The notes beneath the pieces are model-generated. The model saw nothing but the letters and a program-made list of their open reading frames with translations. It searched no databases and was not told the origin of the DNA. The position numbers were made by a program, and so were the translations under genes. A stretch of 64,000 bases of DNA from Octopus sinensis (taxonomy: Eukaryota), in the NCBI RefSeq assembly GCF_006345805.1, contig NC_043001.1:63364001-63428000 (forward strand), given 5' to 3'. Numbering within the stretch: the stretch's first letter is position 1; each line of letters begins with the position of its first letter. This document shows, one piece after another, positions 36,986 through 49,600 of the stretch.

Positions 36986-37274
36986 AAACAATTGCAGCAT
37001 GGAAGGTATTTATAAGCCATTTAAGAAACTCACAAAAGCCGTTAGATTCACTTCAACATTTAGATTTAATTTACCAAAATATTTTCGTCACTTTGAGACT
37101 GCGACCTGTTCACTGACAAAATTCTGTGCTGTACAGAATTTTGTCAGTGAACAGGTTGTGGCCTCAAAGCGATGAAAATATTTTGGCAAATTAAATTTAA
37201 ATGTTGAAGTGAATCTAACAGTTTTTGTGTGTTTCTTAAATGGCTTATAAACACCTTTCCTTGCTGCAATTGTT

Positions 37275-37275
<1 letters not shown>
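36986..37275. repeat. Palindromic hairpin repeat of about 290 bp (5-nt loop)
   Basis: Arms meet at ATTCTGT-GCTGT-ACAGAAT (37121-37139); outer ends AAACAATTGCAGCA / TGCTGCAATTGTTT. Confidence 0.9.
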
Positions 37276-37295
<20 letters not shown>

Positions 37296-37305
<10 letters not shown>

Positions 37306-37720
37306 ATTTAGGAATGGTCATTTTGCCAGTTTAGCCAATAAAAACACATGCACTATATATTTGGTGTTACTTTGCTTCAGCATTATTTATTTTTTACATT
37401 AATCTTAATCTTATTTTGGTCAAAGTTCTTTCGTCACACTTCTGTGACCTCATCAGTGGTCCTTTGCTTTCTTCTTACTTATTTGTGTGTCTCTCCTTAC
37501 TAACGGTCAGCCATTTTGTATTTTGTATTCCTATTGTATGTGTCTTCATTTGCGCATGCGTATACCTCTATATGTGTCTATGTTTAGTTAGTGTGTGTGT
37601 GGGGGGGTGCCTGTAATATTTGTATCTCCTGTTTATATACGTTCATGTAATTTGTTTTTGTATATTTTTATTTTGTTCATGCTAAACTGGCAAAATGACC
37701 ATTCCTAAATACAACAACAT
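37296..37720 (-). mobile_element. Inverted-repeat element (perfect 40-bp arms) with hammerhead-core-like motif
   Basis: 37296-37335 is the exact reverse complement of 37681-37720. Minus-strand CUGAUGA-G-GUCAC/GUGAC-GAAA at 37429-37456. Confidence 0.65.
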
Positions 37721-37787
37721 CTGTTTCAATGCACAATTACACATCAAAAACCTTGCAAAACAAATATATAAATGTAATATATATATA

Positions 37788-38184
37788 GGCGCAGGAGTGG
37801 CTGTGTGGTAAGTAGCTTGTTTACCAACCACATGGTTCCGGGTTCAGTCCCACTGCGTGGCACCTTGGACAAGTGTCTTCTACTATAGCCTCGGGCCGAC
37901 CAAAGCCTTGTGAGTGAATTTGGTAGACGGAAACTGAAAGAAGCCTGTCGTATATATGTATATATATATGCGTGTTTGTGTGTCTGTGTTTGTCCCCCTA
38001 GCATTGCTTGACAACCAATGCTGGTGTGTTTATGTCCCCGTTACTTAGCGGTTCGGCAAAAGAGACCGATAGGATAAGTACTGGGCTTACAAAAGAATAA
38101 GTCCTGGGGTTGAGTTGCTCGATTAAAGGCGGTGCTCCAGCATGGCCGCAGTCAAATGAATGAAACAAGTAAAAGAGTAAAGAG
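37788..38184 (+). mobile_element. Complete tRNA-derived bipartite SINE
   Basis: A-box TGGCTGTGTGG (37798-37808), B-box GGTTCAGTCCC (37841-37851), core, (TA/TG)n, 3' body, tail GGCGGTGCTCCAGCATGGCCGCAGTC...(GTAAAAGA)n. Confidence 0.92.
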
Positions 38185-39122
38185 TATATATTTATCATAA
38201 GGTCATACGAGGCACCTACCTGCTAGAAAGTGGAGATAAAACCAATGACACTGAAAAATTCAACAGATAATAACAGTAGTCGGGTGAATGAGTAAACTTA
38301 ATGCTATATAGTTTGGCATTTGGATACACTTGTATCATGATTTCAAGTTCTGGCAAAAAGCTTTAACTCTCTTCAAATTTTAATAAGTGAAAAAATTCAG
38401 CTTGTCACGTTGAAGTCTGCCAGTGTGCTGAATTGCTGAATTGTTTTGCACCAAAATCAGAACAGCTTCAATCTAATACTGTCAATTATTTAATCTATCT
38501 ATCTATCTGTATATATTACAGAAATTCCAAATGTTTTTCCAATGAAGTGAAAACAGTCTAAAACTTTTAAATCTTTTTAACAGTAATACATCACAAGCTA
38601 ATTAGATATTTAATTAATATAAAGTTCTGTAATTTAAGAAGGCAACCTTTAAAATGTTTTCCTCAAAACACTGTTTTACTTAATAATCACAACTACTAAA
38701 TGAAATCTAATTTTTAATCTACTCTTTCTCTATAAACTTTGTTATATTTCAACAATATTGATGTCAAATAAATCTCATATATCTTTGGTGAATCTTCACT
38801 ACATTACTGTTGTTTATTTGGTGGTTTGCAATGTTACCGTCAAACACAAATAGTTTGCTGTATTTAGTGGTGTTTCTCTATGTTCAAAGTTCAAATCCAA
38901 CTAGAGTTAACTAGGATTTTCATTAGGTTGGCTGCTTTATAAAATTGTACCATTTATATTATTTGTTTGATCCATTACTCTCTCCTTTACCAAAATTGTT
39001 CTGTTACCCTGTTAAAGAAATTGATACTGTTTACTGTTTAATATTTGCAATGTCAGACTTTAGGTCCCCATTGTCCAAGTTGAAGTGTTTGATTGATTCA
39101 TTCATTGATTCTCCCTTTACAG

Positions 39123-39353
39123 GTTTTGCGTCCCTATTCAAACCTCCAAAATTTGGTGATCTGGAATTATTTCCTAAATGAAGACCTTGCCCATGGCCCA
39201 TCTTATGATATTGAAATCATGGGACGAGAAATGCGACCAAATGACAATGAGCAAGATGCAGATTTGATTCCACACCGACGCCGTAAAATTATTAATGGTT
39301 GCTATGACAATATTTTAGTACAGGAGCCTAATTTCTTCTCTTGGGAATTTCAA
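39123..39353 (+). CDS. SBF2: SBF-like exon (VLRPYSNLQNLVIWNYFLNEDLAHGPSYD...NFFSWEFQ)
   Basis: tttacag/GTAAGT boundaries, 231 nt; VLRPYSN..NL..W and GPSYD match SBF1/2. Confidence 0.95.
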
Positions 39354-39450
39354 GTAAGTTCTTTAGTTTCCAATATAAAATATTTTATTTTGAACAACAA
39401 AAGTGGCAGAGTTTGCCAGAATATCAGTTTTAATGCATTGAGTTTGGGGA

Positions 39451-39790
39451 CATCATCATCATCATTTAACATCCACTTTCCATGCTGCCATGAGTTGGAT
39501 GGTTTGACTGAAAACTGGTAAGCTGGAGAGCTGCACTGGGTTCCAATCTGATTTGGCATGGTTTCTATGGCTAGATGCTCTTCCTAATGCCAACCACTCC
39601 AAGAATGTAGTAGATGATTTTTATGTCACTAGCATGGGTGCCATTGATGTGACACCAGTATTGGTCATGCCTATGATCTCACTTGGCTTGACAGATCTTC
39701 TCAAGCATGGTATATCACTGAAGGTCTTGGTCCTTTGTTGCTGCCTCCATGAGGCCCAATGCTCGAATCCATCATACTTTATATTCCCAG
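39451..39790 (-). mobile_element. RTE-type 3' end
   Basis: (CAT)n-TTAACATCCACTTTCCATGC; same family as 31111. Confidence 0.75.
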
Positions 39791-40487
39791 AGTCAATAAA
39801 AACTACTAATATATTAGGCTAATTTCATTGACTTCATCTCTCTTTTACACAAATCATATATTCATTCAATGATGTGAGAAGATTTGATGTTGTCACTGCA
39901 AAATACCAAACTAGGCACCAGTCAAAACTGACTGGGTTTTGTTCACCCTACCTCTTCCTCTGTTGTTTTTTATTTACCTGTTCTGTCGTCAGGTGTGGTG
40001 GGAAGGGTGGAGGTAGCAAATGACATTTTGTCGTTTACCAGTGGAAGATAACAGTTTTTGTCATAGGATAAAAATTGAGAAACTTTCACTGAACTAATCT
40101 AACTCTCAAATGGTGGTGGTGGTGATCACTAAAGGATAGTATTTGCTTTAACCATGTAACTGATAGGTGGACATTAATATATAAGGTTAGATGGACATTA
40201 ATTAGTGAATATAACTAACAGACTAAGTTAGGTGAACTTTAATTAATGAATATGCATGAAATACTGAATAAGCTGATATTAGTTAATATAAGAGGCTGAA
40301 ATAGATGAACTGTAATTGAAGGTACTAAGTCATATAAAGGTACTAAGTCAGAGGTACTAAGTCAGATGAACCTTAATTAATGAGTATAATGGGTTGAATT
40401 TTATGATCTCCAAATTTCAAATTGTGACAATTTTAGAAAGATGAAAGTGTGACATTCATTTTTAATTTAATTTTTCAAAGCCACTAG

Positions 40488-40522
<35 letters not shown>

Positions 40523-40860
40523 GATTTAGAAAACAATCTGCTTAATCATGGTTTGATAAATGGTAAACTTAATGTTATTAGAAAAAGATTGACTATCATA
40601 ACCTCTTCTCACCTATAAGCCTAAACTTTTGTAGGTACCCAAAGATGATTACAGTATTATTGTGAATTCAGATCTCACCAGGAGCATTTTCCCTTCCCAT
40701 CCTTCTGAGGTTGACAAAACTGGTATATTCTACTAAGTTCCAGTTTCCTCCCATCAACTTTGTCAAGTAATACCCTGCCCCTCCCTCCAGAGCTTATAGT
40801 TATGGACTAATGTTAGATACAATTAAGTTTTAATAATTGTTTTGTTTTTGGTTTGTGTAG

Positions 40861-41167
40861 GAAATCCACCGACTAGAAACGGAACTTGGCCATCTTCCAC
40901 AGAAATGGAAAGTTCTCTGGGATAAATTGGAACAACCAACCCGAGAATCTTTACACAGGCAGACATCTTTTAACACACAATTGGTACGGTTGCATGGAAG
41001 GTCAATACACAAACGCTCAACACTTGAAATACTGTTGAAGGGTAAACTGCTGGGAGAAACTGCCAAAATGTTTAGTCAACAGCATCGCTTTGAGAAGCAG
41101 TCCTACACAACACCAGCATATTGTGATTACTGTTCTCATGTTCTCTGGGGACTTGTAAAAACAGGGG
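40861..41167 (+). CDS. SBF2: SBF-like exon: coiled-coil region and first half of C1 domain (HRFEKQSYTTPAYCDYCSHVLWGLVKTG)
   Basis: tgtag acceptor, GTAAGT donor at 41168, 307 nt, phase 0-1. Confidence 0.93.
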
Positions 41168-42456
41168 GTAAGTCATTTTGATACTTCATTCATTTTCTTT
41201 CATTTAAAGATGTTTTGAAAGACATTTTTTCTTGAATGCTTTCACATATTTTCACTTCAAATTCTACTATTGAAATATTGGTAGATTCATATTGTTATTG
41301 ATTCAGGGTTAGGGCATCAGAGCTGGCTCTGTGTCTTTAAAAAAACATGGCTAGCTCTATATCTTTAAGAGAATCAATGCTGGTTCCAAGTCTTTAAGGG
41401 AATCATAGCCAGTTTTGTCTCTTTACTGGGGATAGCTAAATGTTTTAGTTTGTGTCTTGATATCCTTTTCAATGGAGAAAAGTCCATGAAAATGTTTGTT
41501 TCTTTAGCCCCAGATCAAAAAGTGTTCAGCTGTGATCATTCAGTCATAATATTTTTAGAACTGCAATAGCTAAAAGTGTCCTTATGTTTTTACTTTTTAA
41601 AGATGATAAAAAAATTTGGTTGTTATTTCTAGCAAGTTGAGTAACCACATGAAGGTTCCATTGTTGGCTTATGTAGCACACACATACATTGGGACTTGCA
41701 CTGACACACATACTCACACATGTGTATGCACAAACACACACACTCACAGACAATCCGTTTAAAAGGCAGGGTTTGTTTTAATATGAAATAAAACCTCCAA
41801 TTAAATTATCATATAAAACTATTTAAATGTGATAATTCTTTAATGACAGTATACTTCTTAAAGACACTATTCCTTGAAATTTCTTTGTAATCTTCAATGG
41901 ATAGATTGAAGATAGACTGATTCCTGGCACTTGTCCCAACTACACATAACTGGCATTGATGAACCTGAGTTGGGACAGGAATAGCTAATTTATTAAAAGA
42001 TTAGTCTAGTCATTAGTTTATTGCTGTTATAGCAAATCAGGGATTACAAGAAATTGTCTGCTTTTCAAAAAAAATGGTAATGATTTTTATCATGTGAGTA
42101 GATCTATGATCAAGGGCATTCCAGCTATGAGCATCCTACTTTTGACACATTATATTTAGAAATGTATTATCCAATTTGGCCATCATTTTAGATGCCAGTG
42201 TAATGTGATTCATAGAATATTTGGCTGTTATTTGAGTGGAGATGGAGTGGTATAACTAGGGTTCTTCATGGCTCACCTAACTGTCAACAGATACAATAAG
42301 TACTCCTATATAATTACTGGTATAACTGCAAAAAGGTTGGTGACATAGGTCTCCTTTAGTACACCACATGATCGCATCCTAACATAATAATAAGAAAAGC
42401 CATAATACATATTATACAGTGCCAAATTGAAATGAATGAAGGACAAGCCGTTCTAC

Positions 42457-43260
42457 TGCTTGAGAGAGAAGATAGACTTTATTTACAGTGTACAAAGTGA
42501 GTTGGGATTACTAGCGTAGTGTTGTGGTATGAATGCATGCGTATAGTATTTGTGTCTGTGTGTTCGTGTGCACGACAGAAGGTACAGAAGGTGCATGCGA
42601 ATACAACAGAAATACAGAGCATAAGAGAAGTCTCAGCATATTGAGTTAAGATAGAGTTAGTTACCAGTTCATGTGGTACACGATAATAAGTTCTATAACA
42701 AGATTTGGGTCTCGAAGCAGAGACTAGTTGAGTCACTTGTTGTGCAGGTTTCTCTTGATATAGATTGTTCTTTCAGATATATATACTGCAACTGTTTTTC
42801 CGTGGTGATAGTTTCACACAAACAGCGTGTGTGGAATCTGTGTATTTGTGTTGTTGTGTACAAGTTGAAATCTTTGGAGATGTAGACGACGTTGGTAATG
42901 ACATTCTGTCTGTCGCTGGTATACAATAGCATCTTCATAGTATGGTTGCCTGGCTGTCGTCTGTCGTTCGAACTGGAACATGGCTGAGTAGCTCTGTGGT
43001 CTCCGACTAGACCTTAGAAGGTCTAAAGCTGAAAGACGATGAATAGTGGAAATACTAGCTTATTTAAGGAGTGAAAATGGCTCAATTGAAAGATCCTATC
43101 CGAAGGCTGTGATTGGTCAGTTTACTCATTGGTGCGAAATAAGTAGAGAGACAGACCGCGCTAGATGCTAACCAATCAGATCAGTGGACACAATGGGGTT
43201 AAACTAACCAAAGATGGTTGTAATCTCAAACGAGATCATTCCTAATGTTTTTCTCAAACA
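42457..43260 (-). mobile_element. Unique-looking 800-bp element with TG...CA ends: solo LTR or short-TIR DNA element
   Basis: Termini TGCTTGAGAGA / reverse complement TGTTTGAGAAA. The minus strand has two CCAAT boxes, a TTAAATAA box and an AATAAA about 20 nt from the end. No TSD found. Confidence 0.4.
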
Positions 43261-43289
43261 GTGAGGATATCAATATTGCTACAATGGTA

Positions 43290-43750
43290 AAAGGTGTAAA
43301 AACACCATATCTACCCCATGCTTCCTTTCACTATATGCCTGGGTGTTGTAGAAGTAAGACCAGTAAATGTATGTGTTTGTGTGTGTGTGTGTGTGCGCAC
43401 ACACATTATATACAAAATGTATGAATATGTTTAGTGGATGTGTTGTTGGTTGTATGGGTGTGCATATGTGAGTAAGTGTAGATGTATGTATGTAAGTATG
43501 TACATTCTTGCATTTGTGCATGAACATATGTCTGAATGTGCATGTGTGCATGTCTGAAAGAGTGTATATGGGCATGTGTGTGTTAATGTATATGTGCATA
43601 TATATGCATTTGTTGTGCGCAAGTGTTCTAGTGTGTAAGATATATTTATGTGTGTGGGTGTGATGTATGTTAGTGTAGTTGTGTGTAAATATGCATGTAT
43701 GTGTGCATGCCTTTGTGGGAGTAACAGATGCATGCTGCTGTGGCTGATGT
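43290..43750. repeat. Degenerate (TG/TA) microsatellite region
   Basis: Direct inspection. Confidence 0.8.
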
Positions 43751-43879
43751 ATTTATGTATGGATTTCTCTCAACTACTTTCCACTTAGTCACATGGTGTT
43801 TCATTATCTTTCAAACTCCATACGTTACAACTGGATTTAGGCTCTTGGTATTGACTGTGTGTAATGATACTCATCATAT

Positions 43880-44330
43880 TGGGGCAGCAGCTATATGATA
43901 ATTTCACAGAATGCCTATTAAATATTTTCCTGTATCTATAAGTTGCTGGAAAGTGTTTGTCTAGGAGAGACAGGTATCTTTTACCTATGTTAGTTTTGAT
44001 ACTAAGGGAAAAGGGAGGAGCAAACCAAATAATTTTTAGGTCCCTTGTTATTATTATTCTGATTAATATTAGAGGGGTTATGTATTACTTTATCTTTGAT
44101 GCCACTAGATCTATTATTATTCTGATTAATATTAGAGGGGTTATATATTAATTTATCTTTGAAGCCACTATTAGCTAGGGCAATCGTTATAGTAGGGGAC
44201 TGCTTTTGCAAACATTTCTTTAGAAGTAGTGAGGTTAAACATTTTGTTACTGATATTTCTATCAGTAACAGATTTTTAAATATTACAGGAGGGTGACAAG
44301 ACTTTATGTATATATGCAAGTTTCTCATTA
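43880..44330 (-). mobile_element. Decayed Penelope-like RT C-terminal fragment with 57-bp tandem duplication
   Basis: ALANSGFKDKLIYNPSNINQNNN repeated; related to the 11900-12100 remnant (ALASSGFKDHIFY). Confidence 0.6.
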
Positions 44331-44740
44331 GGCTTATGGAAAGGCTTATACCACGAGGAGTTCAGATCTAGGGAAACATCTAAATAATCAACACAAATTA
44401 GTAGCTACTGTAATTTTAAGGCCTGTGTGTATGTGTGTGTGTGCATATATCTTAATTGGTTAATATTTTCAGTACATTCACATGCATAGAATATGATGGA
44501 AAAAGCAGGTAGGGTTGCCTACTTATTAAATACTTATTTCTAGTTTTATGTTGGTGGTTGAGCATTATTTTTATAATTCACTTATTTCTATGTTTTTTTC
44601 TTAAATATGTATATACATCCACCCAACTTCATACACACATATTTACACATACACATTGACATACCTGGTAGCAGGCAGTAGTATCTCATTGTTACTTTTT
44701 TGTATTAATGATGTATTAGATGGGAAATCTCTCTTTCCAG

Positions 44741-44896
44741 GCATGCATTGTGTCAACTGTGGTTACAACTGCCATGAGAAATGTATGCCTCACGTACCAA
44801 AGAACTGTAAACGGTTAAAAGCTGTCCCTGATACTAGTGCTAGTAGCTCAAGTATTTCAAAGACTGGAGGCTCAGAAGCTAGTTCCGTATCTGGAG
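44741..44896 (+). CDS. SBF2: SBF-like exon: second half of C1 domain (GMHCVNCGYNCHEKCMPHVPKNC) plus Ser-rich linker
   Basis: tttccag/GTAAGT boundaries, 156 nt, phase 1-1; completes the Cys6His2 pattern. Confidence 0.95.
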
Positions 44897-45169
44897 GTAA
44901 GTATCACTGTTTGTGTGAAACTAGGGCAGTTTATAAAATTACAGGCATTATTGTCTCTTCTTCACATTTTACATTTTTAAACTGGAAGTGGATTCTGATA
45001 ATTATTTCCAAATAAATCCCATATTTGACTACTTCCCACTTTTGGCACATATAAACACATGCATGTCAGTAGTGAGATGTTGTGCCTCTTAGTACTTTCC
45101 ATATTTCTCTTTTTTCATTATTTCTGCCCTTAATGACATTTCATTAATGTTATTGAATTCTTTTGGTAG

Positions 45170-45303
45170 GCACTGGAAGCTGCCAGATGTATGACCATTT
45201 CTCAGGAGAACATCGTACCCATGAAGGATACCTCTACAAGAGAGGCGCTCTCCTCAAAGGCTGGAAGCAGCGCTGGTTTGTACTTGACTCCATGAAACAT
45301 CAG
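45170..45303 (+). CDS. SBF2: SBF-like exon: start of PH domain ([28 protein letters not shown])
   Basis: tggtag/GTCAGC boundaries, 134 nt, phase 1-0; near-identical to the SBF2 PH segment [16 protein letters not shown] from recall. Confidence 0.95.
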
Positions 45304-46252
45304 GTCAGCTCATTTTCCTTTATTTTTACACAAGTTATTTTTGATTTTAAAAACTATTAAAATTAATAATATATTTCTACGTTCACCTCCCTAACTAAAT
45401 CAAACTTCATGTGGTAAATTACTAATTAAGGTTGGTTATGTTACAATGAAACATTTTAAAAAATTTACTGCACTGAAGATGTAACAGCATCAAAATATAA
45501 CTTGGTACTGGTTGCAAACTCACAATATTGTGTTCTTGCCTGTGCCCAAACCCAGCCCACCACCATCCTCTCCTTTTACTTCTCAAACTTCCCATATTCT
45601 TGACATGGCTTCAGTACCATCATAAAGTTAGATTTATTGAGCAGCTCTAAACTGTCATTCCAGTTTATGAAACAAAACTACTCCAGCACTAAAATACTGT
45701 TCATATGATAGGATCCTATTCTCGACATCTGTGTTAGAGGAGGGCCTTCACTCATGAATATTCTTCAAACTCAGCTCTACCATTTTGCTCTAATCTTTTC
45801 CTGCCTCATCTGCAACTCCTACTGCTCCACTGAATATTCTAACAATGTACTCCACTTCAACTGCATCCCATCACTCCTCAATCTCTCTTTCCAAATATTT
45901 TGCCTCATCCTCTTCAAGATATCTATTCCTCTGAAAATCCAATCTCGTTATATTTACTAAACTTTACATTCAACACAAATTCAAATAGAACGATGCATAT
46001 ACCTTCTTCATCCACTACCTTCTGCTTTTGAATTAAAAGATCCTTGAGCCCTTTACTTATTGCCTATAACAAGGCATATGGATGTTGCTTATAACAAGTC
46101 TTATGGATATTTCCTATAACAAGCCTATGGATATGGTTTTGGTGTGCATAAAGCATATGGAGTTTGTTTATTATATCAGTGATGTTGTTAATGTAAAAAA
46201 TTAACCATATTTGAAGTATTCACCTTATATTTTTCTGCTTTTTCTCAACCAG

Positions 46253-46384
46253 TTGCGTTACTATGATGCTATGGAAGATTCCAGTTGTAAGGGCTATATA
46301 GACCTGGGTGAAGTGGTCTCTGTTCAGCCTATCAAAAATGTCCAAGGTGCACCAAAGAAATCTGATGAAAATGGCTGCTTTGAG
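46253..46384 (+). CDS. SBF2: SBF-like exon: PH domain middle (LRYYDAMEDSSCKGYIDLGEV...GCFE)
   Basis: accag/GTAAGG boundaries, 132 nt; LRYYD..ED.SCKG.IDL.EV motif. Confidence 0.96.
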
Positions 46385-46654
46385 GTAAGGCTACATTTAA
46401 CATTGTCTTTTATCACTTATTTGTAATTAAGGTGGCAAGCTGGTAGAATCATTAGTGAATTGGACAAAATGCTTAGCAGCATTTCTTTTAACTCTTTATG
46501 TTTTGGGTTCAGATTCTGCTAAGGTCAGTTTTGTCTGTCATCCTTTCAGGATCGATAAAATAAGTACCAGTTAATCACTAAAGTTGTAATTGACTTACCC
46601 CACTCCCTTTAGATTGCCGAAATTTGAAACCATTATTTGTTAGCAATCATCATC

Positions 46655-49600
46655 TGTTATATAGTGAAACTGTATATCCCTCCCAGTAAAAAGTGGTAGG
46701 AGTAGCTGGTCATCAAAAGAGGCTTAAGAGTTGAGAGTTGACAGTTCTAGTCGGTGTCTTGTGGAGCTATCAGAGATAGTAAGACAAAAGTAGTTAGTGT
46801 CCTACTATTCCGGTATGAAAAGATACAATGGTATCCAATGACTAGTAACTATTGTGGCTACTAGCATAAACAGCAACTGCAGTACAACAGCAGTCACACA
46901 TCACACTAGTGGGAGGAACTCACTTTACAACAGTGGCGATGAGGAAAAACAAATTTATGTAAACTGAAAAAAAAAATTCACATGGAGAGTTTTAACTAAT
47001 TCACGTGGAAAATTAAGTAACTTGTCAAAAAAGAAACAAAAATCTTGTGCAAACTTACGAAAACCATAAAATAAGGAAGACTTGTTAGCTAGGGTAGTTG
47101 AGTTGCAAAAACAGTAACAACAATTCAAGGAACAAGAACAGCAACAAGGATTGCAGCAGTAAATGTTACAAATAATGAAACTGATAACCAAACTGGAGAA
47201 TACATTTTCACCTGGTCATGTCGCAAATTCCATAAACAAATTCAAATATGACCCCAAAGAAGGAGTAATTTTCAAGTCTTACTTTCGAAGACTTGAACAA
47301 ACTTTTGAAAAAGATTGGAAGGGTGAAATGAAAATGAGTCTAGTTTTAAGAAAACAAGCAACAGCAGAACACGGAAAGTGTAGTAACTTCATATTGCCAG
47401 AAAAAGTATCCAACATAAACTTCACCGACAGTTAACATTATGTGTAAAATGTTTAGTGAAAAGAGCTCACTGTTTAATACTAAATGGAAATGTTTAAACA
47501 TAAAAAAGGACAAAGATGAAGACTTCACTACTTACACAGGTAGAGTAAACAAAGAATGTGAGACATTTAGGCTGGACTTGCTTACTTCCAGATTCTTTCA
47601 AGTGTTTGATTTTTGCACAAGGATTGACATATAAAAGGGATGCAGAAATCCAAATGAAGATTCTAGCAAAACTGGAACCAGGATTTGACATTGCAGAAAC
47701 TGTTGGAAGAGTGTGACATGATATTAAAATTAAGGCATGACACGAAAGAAATTCAACGGAAAGAGTGTTTTCATATAAGATTAGTGCAAAACAGTTGGAA
47801 GACTAAGTGTTGCAGGAAAAACAGAAAAATATCAGGATGTAGACCCATGTATGGTATGTGGTGGGATGCACCTGAAAAAAGATTGTCCTTATAAAAAAGT
47901 AAGGTGTTTTCACTGCAGGTTTACAGGACATATAAAATCACACTGCAAAACTAGAATGATAGGCAGATAGAACAAACAAACAAACAAGCAAAAATAAATA
48001 GTTTTTTCAGCAGGAAAAGTTGTAACTACAACAAACAGAAAATTCATGAATTTGAGAATTGAAACCTCTAGCGTCAGAATGCAATTAGACATGGGAAGTA
48101 ACATCACAATCATAAGTGAGAAAACATGAGAGCAAATGGGTAAACTAAAATTATGTAGTCCAAACAAAATAGCGTATATATTTCATGGGTGAACATGTTT
48201 GTAATATAATGTTCAAAGGTCAAACCAAAAAAGTGAATGCTTATGTGTTGAAAAAGTCCATGAATTTATTTTGTACTGAATATATGGAGAAATTTAATTT
48301 ATGGGATACACCCATAAGTGTTTTGTGCAATAACATAAATGGAGCAGACAAACTATCAAACGAGGTCAATGAACTGAGACAAAAAAAATGAAAGAAACTT
48401 TCCCCAAAGTTTTTCAGAAGGTTTAGACTATTGCACAAAAACAAAAGCAAGGATTGCTATCAAAGAAAATTCAACACCTATTTTCAGGCCCAAACAGAAT
48501 GTGCCATTTGCAGCAGTAGACCAGGTCAATAAAGAACTAGAAAGGTTGGAATCCTGAATATAATTAAAAAGATTGACCATGCAGACTGGGCTGCACCAGC
48601 AGTCTATGTAAAATAAAAAAATATTAAGCTAAGAGTGTGCGCAGACTTCTCAACCAGATTAAACAACTGTTTACTCATGCACAATTACCCACTACCAAGT
48701 CCAGAAGAAGTATTTGCTGAACTAAACAGAGGGAAAATTTTCTTGAAGTTAGACCTCTCAGAGGCATACCTTCAAATTCAGTTAGAGGAAGATTGCACGC
48801 ATCTACTAACAATCAACATGCATTGTGGATTGTACTAGTTCAAATGGCTGCTGTTTGGAGTAAAAGTGGCACCCTTTGCCATTGCATACCTCGATGACAT
48901 TTTGATAAAGTGCGAGTCTCGAGTGCATCACGTCGAACACATAAAGAAAGTATTCGAGAGAATAAGTGAATATGGGCTAAAACTGACAAGAAAAATGTGA
49001 ATTTTTGATAGAGAAAATAAAATACTCAGGTCAATTAATTGATGAAAGTGGATGCAGACCGAACTCATTAAGGGCATTAACAATATGAAATATGCCACCC
49101 CTGACAAATGTGACAATGCTACAAGCATTCCTAGGCTCAGTAAATTATTACCAAGTGTATATCCCAAATATACATAAGGTAAAGGCATCACTTAATGAAT
49201 TACTGGAAAAAAATGCCAAATGGGTTTGGACAGAGAAATGCCAGAAAGCATGTAATGAGTTAAAAGATGTGTTAACCTCAGACTTGTATCAGGTATTTTG
49301 ACCCAAAGTTAGAAATAATACTAGCTACAGATGCTAGTGAGTATGGGACAGGAGCCATGCTCCTACACAAGGATAATGATAGCCCACACATCAAGGACAT
49401 TATTGCCAGTGGAAAAACAGCTATAGCCAGACCTCTAATGATATATGGATTCAAGAAAGGAATCCCGACACATATGGCAAACAGACTGCAGTGGTGGGGT
49501 GCCATTCTGTTAAACTACAATGAGAGAATGAAATATCTGCCTTCAAAAAAGTTGGGACATGCTGATGGTCTGTCTAGGTTAATTCTGAGAAATAATGAGC

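Noticed and set aside
36940-37000. Hammerhead-like CTGATCTGAG...GAAAACAATTGCA next to the 290-bp hairpin
   Set aside because: The core is not CUGANGA, there is no stem II or stem I, and no NUH triplet.
45460-45525. CTGAAGA followed by GATG/CATC stem as a hammerhead
   Set aside because: GAAA is missing (reads TCAAAA) and there is no adjacent stem I or III.
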